DNA of 64,000 nt from Candidatus Saccharimonadota bacterium (lineage in GTDB: Bacteria; Patescibacteriota; Saccharimonadia; UBA4664): assembly GCA_019352195.1 (NCBI GenBank), contig JACAFG010000002.1, forward strand, positions 19,120 through 83,119. The letters run 5' to 3'. Shown here piece by piece: positions 19,092 through 28,648 of this stretch. The position numbers were made by a program, and so were the translations under genes. How positions within the stretch are numbered: the first letter of the stretch is position 1; the number at the start of each line of letters is the position of its first letter. The notes under the pieces are model-generated. The model ran no database searches, was not told the origin of the DNA, and saw nothing but the letters and a program-made list of their open reading frames with translations.

Positions 19092-19901
19092 ATGTCACCC
19101 GATTTACTCATCAAAATGGGGCTCACGCCTGCTCAGGCGCAAACGTATCTCGAACTTGTAAAAGCTGGCAGTTTGACGCCACCCAAGCTCGCGGTCGCCA
19201 TTAATGAGAGCCGGACGACGGCTTATATGGCGTTGGCTAGGTTGGAAGAAGTTGGCTTAGCCATTAAACAAAATGGTGCCAAAAAACAGACCTACGAACC
19301 GGCGAGCCCGTCGGCGCTAGAGAAGTTCTTATCTGATCGCCAACGCGATTTGGCCGAGACGGAGCGGGCCTATCGCGAGGCGCTGCCCAATTTGCTCAGC
19401 TATTACTACACCTATCGCGGTAAGCCCGGCGTACGATTTTTTGAGGGCGGTGATGGATTGGAAAAGCTGTATGAGGACATTTTGCGTACCCGAGCCGAGG
19501 TTGATATTGTTCGCACCCCGGCGGATGAGCTATATTTCGGTGATGGTCGTGATGGCAATACGATTCTCGGTAAATATCTCAACGCGCGGGCAGCATTAGG
19601 GATTGAGTCGCAACTCTTGGCGCCAGTGTTGCCGGGGCCAATGGTGTGGGCGAAGAGCAATGATGAACGGCTGAAGCGGGTGGTTACCTGGTATCCGCCA
19701 AAGGCCTATGAGTCGCCGGTTGAGGTCAATATTTATGGCAATAAAGTGTCGCTTATCTCATTTGGTGACGAGACGATTGGGACGATTATTGAAAGTCCCC
19801 AGATAGCGGCGGCGATGCGAGAGTTGTACGCTATGGCGCAGGTTGGGGCGCGGGCTTTGATGGCTGCGGCCGAATTGGATCAGAAAAGCTCGGATAAATA
19901 G
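19092..19901 (+). CDS. TrmB family transcriptional regulator
   Basis: GLT..QA..YL HTH, PGVRFFEG and IYGNKVSLIS motifs. Confidence 0.85.
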   Translation: MSPDLLIKMGLTPAQAQTYLELVKAGSLTPPKLAVAINESRTTAYMALARLEEVGLAIKQNGAKKQTYEPASPSALEKFLSDRQRDLAETERAYREALPNLLSYYYTYRGKPGVRFFEGGDGLEKLYEDILRTRAEVDIVRTPADELYFGDGRDGNTILGKYLNARAALGIESQLLAPVLPGPMVWAKSNDERLKRVVTWYPPKAYESPVEVNIYGNKVSLISFGDETIGTIIESPQIAAAMRELYAMAQVGARALMAAAELDQKSSDK

Positions 19902-19959
19902 CAAAAGGCCCACCGAATGTCCGCGCGGATGCGGAACAAATCGGTGGGCCCGTGAGAGC

Positions 19960-20643
19960 GAGGTGGTGTCGGCATGGCAGGGGCTGGGGTATAACCGACG
20001 TGGGTTGTGGCTCCATCGGGCGGCTGGGCAGATTGTAGGCCAGTTTGGTGGAGTGATACCGCGCGATCCGGCCGAACTCGTTACGTTACCGGGAATTGGG
20101 CCCAATACAGCTGGTTCGATCGCAGCATTTGCGTACAATTTGCCCGTAGTATTTATAGAAACCAATATTCGGCGCGTGTTTATCCACGAGTTTTTCCCGA
20201 ATGTCGATCATGCTCCGATGGGTCGTGTGGCGACGGTTACCCGCCCGATCTCGACTACACGGAATCTGCGGCGCGACCCAGAGCCCTCTTTGGTTGTATC
20301 CGGAGTCACGGGCGTACGCGACGATCAATTATTACCGTTAATTGAGGCTAGCTTAGACCCCGATGAGCCGAGACAGTGGTACTAGGCTCTCATGGATTAC
20401 GGGAGCTGGCTGGCTTCCCAAGTGCCTAATCCCAACCGCCGTAGCCAGCATTACGCGGTGCAGAGCACGTTTGAAGGCTCGGCGAGGCAGGTACGAGGTG
20501 AACTGTTGCGTCGGGTACTGGTGGGGCCGATGACAACCGCTGAAATTGAGGCTATTGATACGAGAGCGCCGGCCTTGGCCGCCCAACTTGTGAAAGAGGG
20601 CTTTTTGATGGTAGCAGCCGGTTGCTTCCAGATGGTACGATGA
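19960..20643 (+). pseudogene. mutY: MutY-like adenine glycosylase remnant (5'-truncated, in-frame insertion, TAG at 20383-20385)
   Basis: WQGLGYNRR, LPGIGPNTAG, ETNIRRV and ALMDYG; N-terminal SEIMLQQT region absent. Confidence 0.8.
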
Positions 20644-20647
20644 ATCA

Positions 20648-21052
20648 ATGGCTGGATACTCTACGCGCAGTTTGCGCGACAAATTGGGACTCAAAAGTGG
20701 CATGCGGGCAGCGCTTGTGCGGCTACCTGAGGCGGTAAAAACCGAACTTGGTGAACTGGATGATGTAAAACCACTAAAACAGGTGGGCGGCGTCCCGTTT
20801 GATTTTATTTTGACGTTTATTTCAAGCGTGGAGCAATTGGAAGCAGTCTTGCCCAATCTCAAACTGCATCTGAAATCTGATGGTCAGCTGTGGTTGGCCT
20901 GGGCTAAACGGACGTCACCGCTGCACTCTGGGATTGATGAAAACCTTATCCGTCGGCACGGTTTGGCGGTTGGCCTGGTGGACGTTAAAGTGGCGGCTCT
21001 TACTAGTGATTGGAGTGGATTGAAGTTTGTTTACCGGGTGAGCGACCGGTAA
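20648..21052 (+). CDS. DUF3052-like protein
   Basis: MAGYS...L..KLG, WLAWAK, GLVDVKV and WSGLKFV motifs. Confidence 0.8.
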   Translation: MAGYSTRSLRDKLGLKSGMRAALVRLPEAVKTELGELDDVKPLKQVGGVPFDFILTFISSVEQLEAVLPNLKLHLKSDGQLWLAWAKRTSPLHSGIDENLIRRHGLAVGLVDVKVAALTSDWSGLKFVYRVSDR

Positions 21053-21774
21053 TTAGACGACGGCAGCATGGCGAAATTGCCGATTGAGCAAGCAGACAGT
21101 GGCTATAAGGATCATGGCAAACATGAGGATGATAAACGGAGCTACGCCAGGAATGAGGCCAACGGCAACAAGGGCGCCACTAGCGTAGGTTAAGGCGCGA
21201 CCTGAATACGCTGGTCGGGTGGTAGTTTGACGTAAGCCTAGCAAGAGAGCGGCAACAGCCGCGCCCCCAAACAGCAGTGATGGCCCCGGGGCGGCGATAA
21301 CCGTGGCGGCGAGTCTTGTGAGGCCAAAGCTGGGTGAAAATGACACCAGGACGAGACCAACCGCCAGCCAGCCGATGACGGGGCTACTCGAGGGGGCTGC
21401 GGCGGCGTTGGAACTAGCCGGCGCAAGAGATGGAAAGCAAAAACTGGATACAGGCTACACTGAAGCCGGATAAGGCTCGTAATGAGGTCGTCTTGTGGTC
21501 GAATAACGTAACTTGCTAGCTCTCCGTGGAGTAAGCCGGTAATCAAAACTGAATAGAGCGCAAAATTAACGAGGATAAGTCCGGTATTACTTAGGTGGTA
21601 ACGGTGGCTCAAACTGTCGAGCAAGCGGAAATAACCGAGATACAGAAAGGCCAAAACGATGAAGCCGGGCACGGTATATAAGCCGTTGCTCGCACCGACC
21701 GTTACTTCACCGACCAAAATGAGTAATAATGCCGCACCGAGAAGGTTGTACTTGGAAAAGAGGCGCGCTAGCAT
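21053..21774 (-). pseudogene. multi-pass membrane protein split by a frameshift near 21380
   Basis: Two overlapping hydrophobic ORFs join if one base is added to the G4 run at 21380-21383. Confidence 0.55.
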
Positions 21775-21839
21775 GCGGTTATTATAGCGTAGCGAGGCGG
21801 GTGATTGTTTGATCGACGGTAGACCGGTAAAATTCCCCC

Positions 21840-22844
21840 ATGTATGAAAGTCTCCACAACCACACGCTGATTTCCGACGGCTCGCAAACTCATTTGGAGG
21901 TATTGGCCAGCGCTCAGGCGGCTGGTTTCGGGGTGATCGCCTTTACTGATCATGACGTGTTTCCTGATACGGCGACGCAAAAACAGCTCCATGATTATGT
22001 CGGGCCAGTGAAGTGGCTCTTGGGGATTGAGTTGTCATGTGGATTGCCAACTGAGCTGGGCGGGAGCGATAAGGGTAATTTGCACGTGCTGGGGTACTTT
22101 TGTGATCCAGACGAGCCCACTTTGAAGGCTTATCTTAAGAATTTGAGCGAGAGCCGGTACGTGCGCATGCGGCGCCAACTTAAGCAAATTAATGAACTTG
22201 GTTTTGATTTAACCGAGAAACAGGTATTGGATGTAGCCGGAATCAGCGCCCCGGGGTCGTTCCATGTGGTGAAGGCATTACTGCAGCTGCCAACGAGCGC
22301 GGGCTTGATCGAACAGCTGCGCCAACAGATGGAGGTAGCGGCTGAGACTGATCCGGAAGTGGCCAAACGCTATAGCAAAATGATGGCCAGTGGGCCGGTT
22401 CAATATCCCTATACGCTGTTTATGCAGTCGAGCTCGTTTATTCCGATGCCACAGGATACGCAGGGTAACGCCATGGTGGATATGGACGCGGCAGTAAAAC
22501 TCATCCGAGGGGCGGGAGGCGTGGCAATGGTGGCCCACTGGTACTTTCAGGAGGATAAATTCTCGCGTTCATATCTGGAGCGGGCGTTGGCGGACGGTCG
22601 TTTGGACGGCGTGGAAACGGCGGTTTTTAACACTCAAAATGGTGACGCCGACTGTACTGACGCCATCAACTATCTGGTAACATTGGCCGAGACGAATAAT
22701 TACGCTCAGGTTATGGGGATCGATGGCCATTATGAGCGTGATTTTGAGATCTTTAAGGCCTCAGGCCAGGCCGAACGGTCAATTGGTCAAACTAAGGCCT
22801 TAATTAAGCGATTTTCACCTAATTTAACCGAAAGCAATTATTGA
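21840..22844 (+). CDS. PHP domain phosphoesterase, paralog 1
   Basis: LHNHT, TDHD, GIE, HVLGY, AHW and GIDGH motifs. Confidence 0.88.
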   Translation: MYESLHNHTLISDGSQTHLEVLASAQAAGFGVIAFTDHDVFPDTATQKQLHDYVGPVKWLLGIELSCGLPTELGGSDKGNLHVLGYFCDPDEPTLKAYLKNLSESRYVRMRRQLKQINELGFDLTEKQVLDVAGISAPGSFHVVKALLQLPTSAGLIEQLRQQMEVAAETDPEVAKRYSKMMASGPVQYPYTLFMQSSSFIPMPQDTQGNAMVDMDAAVKLIRGAGGVAMVAHWYFQEDKFSRSYLERALADGRLDGVETAVFNTQNGDADCTDAINYLVTLAETNNYAQVMGIDGHYERDFEIFKASGQAERSIGQTKALIKRFSPNLTESNY

Positions 22845-23854
22845 TGTACGAATCGCTTCACAATCACACTATTACGTCCGACGGCAGCCAAACTTATCTG
22901 GAGGTGCTGGAAACGGCGCACGAATTTGGCTTTAAGGTGGTAGCTTTTACCGACCACGACGCGTTACCGGACGAAGCGGGACTTAAAGCCTTGGCCTATT
23001 ACGATGGACCGGTAAAGTGGCTATTGGGGTGCGAAATCTCGAGTGGATTGCCTAAAGAACTGGGCGGTGGACCAACAGGATCGCTGCACGTGTTGGGTTT
23101 GTTTACGGATCCCGATAACGAAGCGCTGCGCGAACACTGCCGCCGGGCACAAGAAGCACGTACCGAACGTATGGAGCAAATGGTAGCTAACTTGCAGCGT
23201 GTCGGACTAACGATTAGTGTGAAGGATTGTTTGGCACAGTCGGGCGGTGAAAGTGTCGGTAGGCTTCATATTGCCACCGCCATTTTGGCCAACGAGGAAA
23301 ACGGTCCGGTAATCGACCAAATGGTGGCTGACATGGCAGAAGCCGCCAAGTCCGATCCAGCGGTCGCGATGCACTACATGCGCCTGATGGAACGTGATCG
23401 CACCGATTACCCGTTCCAGCTGTTTTTGTCGCAGGATTCATTTATCCAGGGCGTGTATGTTGATTATCTGTATAACGTCGATTTTGATGATTCGGTTAAG
23501 CTGATTCGTGATGCCGGCGGGGTGGCAGTCATTGCGCACTGGTTTACGATTGCGAACTCGATTGATTTGGCGATGCTTGAGGGCATGTTAAAAGACGGCC
23601 GTATCGACGGCATCGAAATTATGGGCAAGCCCAACAACGGCGATGCCCAAAAAGCTGCACCTAAGCTACGTGAGCTGGCCGCTAAAACTGGGTGCCTGGC
23701 CACGTACGGGGTAGACGGCCATAGTTTTGGGCAAATGCGAACCTTTAGCTCCGATCGTAATTTGTGCGATGAAACAATTGGTCAGACGCAGGACCTCATA
23801 AAACGCTTTAAGCCCGACTTGGGCTGGACCAACTTCGAAGACGGCCTGAAATAA
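22841..23854 (+). CDS. PHP domain phosphoesterase, paralog 2
   Basis: LHNHT, TDHD, HVLGL, AHW and GVDGH motifs; clear paralog of the previous gene. Confidence 0.88.
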   Translation: MMYESLHNHTITSDGSQTYLEVLETAHEFGFKVVAFTDHDALPDEAGLKALAYYDGPVKWLLGCEISSGLPKELGGGPTGSLHVLGLFTDPDNEALREHCRRAQEARTERMEQMVANLQRVGLTISVKDCLAQSGGESVGRLHIATAILANEENGPVIDQMVADMAEAAKSDPAVAMHYMRLMERDRTDYPFQLFLSQDSFIQGVYVDYLYNVDFDDSVKLIRDAGGVAVIAHWFTIANSIDLAMLEGMLKDGRIDGIEIMGKPNNGDAQKAAPKLRELAAKTGCLATYGVDGHSFGQMRTFSSDRNLCDETIGQTQDLIKRFKPDLGWTNFEDGLK

Positions 23855-23956
23855 TTCGCTAGTTTTAATCTAGTAATATTAAGTAACATATATGCTATAA
23901 TCGAGTCTACGGCTGGCCCATAGGGGGTTAGTCGACGTTCTTTGTGAGGAGGATAT

Positions 23957-24142
23957 ATGCTTGACGATTCCCTGCATGTGGCAACCGTCCTAGAGGCGAA
24001 AGCTGCTTACGACGAGGCCATGCGCCGCCACGACGGCGATTTTGGCCATGATGATGTGTTGGTAGCTGCGGCACAGCTGAGGCGCGCACGCGATGCTGCC
24101 AACTCGTCATCGGGCCAGCGGTCAGTAGATTGCCTGATGTAG
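23957..24142 (+). CDS. small hypothetical protein
   Basis: GAGGAGG RBS, TGCTATAAT promoter upstream. Confidence 0.5.
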   Translation: MLDDSLHVATVLEAKAAYDEAMRRHDGDFGHDDVLVAAAQLRRARDAANSSSGQRSVDCLM

Positions 24143-24453
24143 CACCCCAAAGATTGCGGGCAATCCGGTCCGTAATTCGTTTTTCTCGTACATCACGAAG
24201 GATGTGACCGGAAGTGGCTCGCTCGCCCAAATGCTCCATGTGCGGTACCGTGCTTGATCAAGCATCACGGCAACGATTGAGGCCGCTGGTGTATTTAGCG
24301 GTCGACAATTCAATCGCCTCCACGGTCCGTGCTGGCATGAAGTGGACCAAATCAATTGCACGAAAACATGACCGGCAAAGCCCTCGCACTGTAATGGTGC
24401 GGGGGTTCGCCTTTTGTTCGCATATATCAGATGGAGAGTAGTATAATTAGGGT

Positions 24454-26238
24454 ATGGATGAGCGGACAGAAATAAAGGAACGGCTGTCGATTACCGAGGT
24501 GGTGTCAGCTTATTTGCCGCTCAAGCAAGCCGGACGCAGCCTGAAAGCGCCGTGCCCGTTTCATCAGGAAAAGTCAGCTAGCTTCATGGTTAATCCCGAG
24601 CGGGGAATTTATCACTGCTTCGGGTGCAATGAGGGCGGAGATATCTTTAGTTTTGTCATGAAGATGGAAGGGCTCAGTTTTCCTGAGGCGCTCGAAAAAT
24701 TGGCAAGACAGGCTGGAGTTGAGCTGAAAGCCAAGCGTCCGGAAGACACGGCGGCCTCGGCCAAGCGGGTGAGATTATATACCGCGCACGAGTTAGCGGT
24801 GCGGTACTTTCAGGCTTCGCTCGTCAAGAACCCTAAAGCCCTCGAATACATCATAAAAAAGCGCGGCCTGACACGTCAGACGGTGAAGGATTTTCAGATC
24901 GGTTATGCACCCGACTCGTGGAATGCACTAACTGATTTCTTGGCCAGTAAGGGTTATACATATTCTGAACTGTTGGAAGCGGGTTTGGCGGGTCAGAAAG
25001 AAGGACGTCAAACAGTTTACGACTTGTTTCGCGGGCGAATTATGTTTCCTATTACGGATCGCGACGGCCGCCCGATTGGCTTCACGGCGCGCGTACTCGA
25101 CGACAGTTTGCCGAAATATCTTAATACTCCCCAGACACCGCTGTATGATAAAAGTCGGGCTATTTTTGGACAGTTTTTGGCGCGAGATGCGATTCGGGCC
25201 AATGATGAAGTAGTGCTCGTAGAAGGCAATATGGACGTGGTGGCGAGCCATCAGGCCGATGTGAAGCAAGTGGTGGCGGCTAGCGGTACGGCGCTGACCT
25301 TGGACCAGCTGCGCACGCTTAGTAAACTGACCAAAAATATTAAGCTGGCCTTTGACACCGACCGCGCGGGTCTCGCCGCTACCGAACGCGCCATTGAGCT
25401 CGGGGGCCAGTTGGGTCTAACGCTGCGGATGGTGGTGATTGAGGGCGCTAAAGACGCCGATGAACTCATTAGTAAAGATGTGAGTGCTTGGTCGGCGGCC
25501 ATAGCTAATGCCAAGTATATTGTTGACTATTTATTTGACCGCTTTGCCACTGATTACGACCTTACTTCGGCGATTGGTAAGCGCCAGTACACCGATCGGC
25601 TAGCTATTACGTTGCGTCGCTTGGGCGATCCAGTGGAGCAAAACCATTATGTAAGGCGGCTGGCTGAAGCAACCGACACGAGCGAAGAAGCGATTCGCGC
25701 CAAAATGGAGCAAGCCCAGGAGCGGCCATCGTCGAGCCGCACACCAAAAACTGCGGTCACGTCAAACGCTGCTGGGTCGTTACCGGCAACGGGTGCTCCG
25801 GTACGTCTAACTAAGGCGCATAAAAATCGTAACCAGCGCGAAGACGAATTGTTGGCCATTTGTTTGTATGAGCCGCTGGCGCGGATTGCGCTGGAAGATC
25901 TCACTAGCGAGCATTTTAGCCGACCAGAGAGCCAAGAGCTGTACCTAATGCTGTCTGAGCACACGCACGATAATCCAGATCAAATAATTGGTGCGCTGGG
26001 TGACCCGGCCTATGGGTCGCAGTGCATTTTTTATGCGGAGCGCATGTTTGGCGGGTACGAACGGCGTGAATTGCCGGAGAAAGCTTTTAAATCAGCCGAC
26101 CGTTTGCAAGACGTGGTGGAAGAAGTCTGGCGCGAAGAAATTAACCGCGAGCTCGAAACAGCCGAGCGTGACGGTGACGAGGCGGCTTGGACCCGCCTGA
26201 TGACACGGTTAAACGCGATGAATCAGCGCAAAGCGTAG
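24454..26238 (+). CDS. dnaG: DNA primase
   Basis: CPFH...CFGC zinc finger, RIMFPI, KYLNTP, VEGNMDV and FDTD motifs. Confidence 0.97.
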   Translation: MDERTEIKERLSITEVVSAYLPLKQAGRSLKAPCPFHQEKSASFMVNPERGIYHCFGCNEGGDIFSFVMKMEGLSFPEALEKLARQAGVELKAKRPEDTAASAKRVRLYTAHELAVRYFQASLVKNPKALEYIIKKRGLTRQTVKDFQIGYAPDSWNALTDFLASKGYTYSELLEAGLAGQKEGRQTVYDLFRGRIMFPITDRDGRPIGFTARVLDDSLPKYLNTPQTPLYDKSRAIFGQFLARDAIRANDEVVLVEGNMDVVASHQADVKQVVAASGTALTLDQLRTLSKLTKNIKLAFDTDRAGLAATERAIELGGQLGLTLRMVVIEGAKDADELISKDVSAWSAAIANAKYIVDYLFDRFATDYDLTSAIGKRQYTDRLAITLRRLGDPVEQNHYVRRLAEATDTSEEAIRAKMEQAQERPSSSRTPKTAVTSNAAGSLPATGAPVRLTKAHKNRNQREDELLAICLYEPLARIALEDLTSEHFSRPESQELYLMLSEHTHDNPDQIIGALGDPAYGSQCIFYAERMFGGYERRELPEKAFKSADRLQDVVEEVWREEINRELETAERDGDEAAWTRLMTRLNAMNQRKA

Positions 26239-26491
26239 ACATTTTTTGTCGGTGCTGGCCAAAGCTCCAACAGATTGACGAGCGGTAAATAATTAGGTAA
26301 GATAGGTTCATTGGGGCGGCATCGGCTGTGCTCCAGCAGACCACGGTTACGAGGCTTCGAACCGAATTGACGGCTGCAAACGTTACCCTCGCCCGAAATG
26401 TTAAATACATGTGCGACCCGATCCACACGAAGTCAGTCTAGCTGGCGGAGTGTTTTTGTGCGTAAATGTATGTAAATGCAGGAGAAGTATT

Positions 26492-27595
26492 TTGCCCAGA
26501 AAAGCTGTTGAAACCGAAGAAACTGCTGACCAAAGTAGCGTATCGCCCGAAGTTGCTCGCTTAATTGCCAAAGGCAAAGAGCAGGGTTACGTTACGCAGC
26601 AAGAAATTGCCTCTGTTTTGCCCGAAGCCGAAGAGAACCTCGAAGAGCTCGACGAGCTCTATGCGGCGTTGCTCGAGCAAGGTGTTGAAATCACCGACCA
26701 GAAAGATTCGCTCATCTGGGACAAAGAAGAAGAAGAAGCCGATACCGGCGATGACTATATAAAAGATATCGCCGACGACTCGGTACGATTGTACTTGCGC
26801 GAGATTGGTAAAATCCCGTTGCTTACTGGTGAACAGGAAGTGATGCTGGCCAAGCGCATTGAAGCGGGCGACAAGGGTGCCAAAGACGCCATGGCTGAGG
26901 CCAACATGCGTCTTGTGGTGTCGATTGCCAAAAAGTACATTGGCCGCGGCTTGGACTTGTTGGACTTAATCCAAGAAGGTAACACCGGCCTGCTCCGCGC
27001 TGTGGAGAAGTTTGACTATACCAAGGGCTACAAGTTCTCGACGTATGCCACCTGGTGGATTCGTCAGGCTATTACGCGCGCCATTGCCGACCAAGCTCGC
27101 ACCATCCGTATTCCCGTGCACATGGTTGAAACCATTAATAAGCTCATTCGTACCCAGCGCCGCTTGGTTCAGGAACTAGGCCGCGAACCGCTGCCGGAAG
27201 AAATTGCGGCCGAGATGGAAATGGATGTTGAGAAAGTTAATCACATCCTCAAGATCAAGCAGGACATCGTGTCGCTTGAGGCGCCGGTGGGCGAAGAGGA
27301 AGACTCTCAACTGGGCGACTTTATTGCCGACGAAGATAGTTTGACGCCGGAAGAAGCCGCCACGCACCAGTTGCTTAAAGAGCACGTCAATCAGGTGTTG
27401 GCTTTGCTGACGCCGCGCGAGCAAAAGATTTTGCGTATGCGATTTGGTCTCGAAGATGGCCGTAGTCACACGCTTGAAGAAGTTGGTCAGGAATTTGGCG
27501 TGACGCGCGAGCGCATTCGCCAGATTGAGGCTAAAGCTTTGGCGAAACTGCGTAAGCACCGCGAAAGCAAGAAACTCAAGGATTACCTGCGGTAA
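26492..27595 (+). CDS. rpoD: RNA polymerase sigma factor RpoD
   Basis: [27 protein letters not shown] and TRERIRQIE; TTG start after AGGAG. Confidence 0.97.
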   Translation: MPRKAVETEETADQSSVSPEVARLIAKGKEQGYVTQQEIASVLPEAEENLEELDELYAALLEQGVEITDQKDSLIWDKEEEEADTGDDYIKDIADDSVRLYLREIGKIPLLTGEQEVMLAKRIEAGDKGAKDAMAEANMRLVVSIAKKYIGRGLDLLDLIQEGNTGLLRAVEKFDYTKGYKFSTYATWWIRQAITRAIADQARTIRIPVHMVETINKLIRTQRRLVQELGREPLPEEIAAEMEMDVEKVNHILKIKQDIVSLEAPVGEEEDSQLGDFIADEDSLTPEEAATHQLLKEHVNQVLALLTPREQKILRMRFGLEDGRSHTLEEVGQEFGVTRERIRQIEAKALAKLRKHRESKKLKDYLR

Positions 27596-27602
27596 TCTGA
27601 GC

Positions 27603-27650
27603 GATATAATATCAAAAAGAGCCCAGTGGGGCTCTTTTTGATATTATATC
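27603..27650. terminator. 22-bp perfect inverted repeat/bidirectional terminator after rpoD
   Basis: GATATAATATCAAAAAGAGCCC-AGTG-GGGCTCTTTTTGATATTATATC. Confidence 0.85.
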
Positions 27651-27668
27651 TGTTAGGAGATCACGTAA

Positions 27669-28299
27669 GTGGGAAATGACGCATACAAATGGGTCCGTAA
27701 GAATGATGAGGAAATTATTCTCCGTTTTGCTGATCCAAGGATAATAAGGCCAGTTGAAAATCCAATTACTTTTTTATGGCTGGCTCGCCCGGCGCCGGTA
27801 AGACTGAATGGGCACGTTCATTGATCGTCAACCTCGCAAATGACAAAGAAGAACCGACAGAGTTTGTTCACATAGACCCTGACGAAATAAGAAAGCTATT
27901 TGATGGCTATAATGGCACAAATGTTTCGGAATTTACTCGAGCAACTAGTACTGCGGTAGGACGTATTCTTGATCGGACAAATCGTCTTGGACAAAACGTC
28001 ATTGTCGACGGGACCTTATCCAGGTATGATGCCGTGGCGAAAGACGTTGATTCTTATATAGGAAACATGGTCGGAGCACAGTAATTTTCTTTGTATACCA
28101 AAAGCCGGAATTAGCTTGGTATTTCACGAAGGCAAGGGCAGCTGACCCTGAAGACGGGCGCGTTGTTGATAAGCTGACATCGATTGCCGCATACGTGTAG
28201 TCTATCCAAAATGCCAACGCCTTAAAGCGTAAATACGGATCACATATACAACTTCATATCATTGAAAAAGATGCGTTGAATAGGGTAAAAAAGGTTTAA
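27669..28299 (+). pseudogene. zeta-toxin family P-loop protein, multiply disrupted
   Basis: MAGSPGAGKTE, IDPDEIR, DGTLS and FVYQKP..AW.FT.AR; frameshifts near 27772 and 28060, TAG at 28198. Confidence 0.75.
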
Positions 28300-28370
28300 T
28301 TTTAATAAACACACTATTGACAACTATGTTGAAAAAGTCTATAGTATTAATTAATTGGAGGAACTAATTA

Positions 28371-28544
28371 ATGTTTAATCTCTTGAAAAAAGATAAACCA
28401 AAAAAGAAGAACCTTCTGGAATTGCCAGCAGCTAAACAAAAGAAGAGTTACAAAGAAGCAGCCGATAGATCAATAGACATGCAAGTGGAGGTTGTGAACA
28501 AATATAAAAATGCGCTTGGCGAAAAAATCGAGCGTAATAGATAG
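28371..28544 (+). CDS. small basic protein, putative zeta-toxin partner
   Basis: 57 aa (MFNLLKKDKPKKKNLLELPAAKQKKSYKEAADRSIDMQ...), GGAGG RBS, TTGACA/TAGTAT upstream. Confidence 0.55.
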   Translation: MFNLLKKDKPKKKNLLELPAAKQKKSYKEAADRSIDMQVEVVNKYKNALGEKIERNR

Positions 28545-28648
28545 CTAAACTAGAGTCCTACGGGGCTCTTTTTGAATCAAAAACCAATCTGTTTCAGGTT
28601 GTGCTTCATGGCTACGCGATCTACGATAGAACCAACAAGAGAGTGCGA

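Noticed and set aside
14694-28200. Genome-wide TAG reassignment
   Set aside because: dnaG, purF, pnp, ftsK, arginase and trmB terminate at TAG at plausible protein ends.
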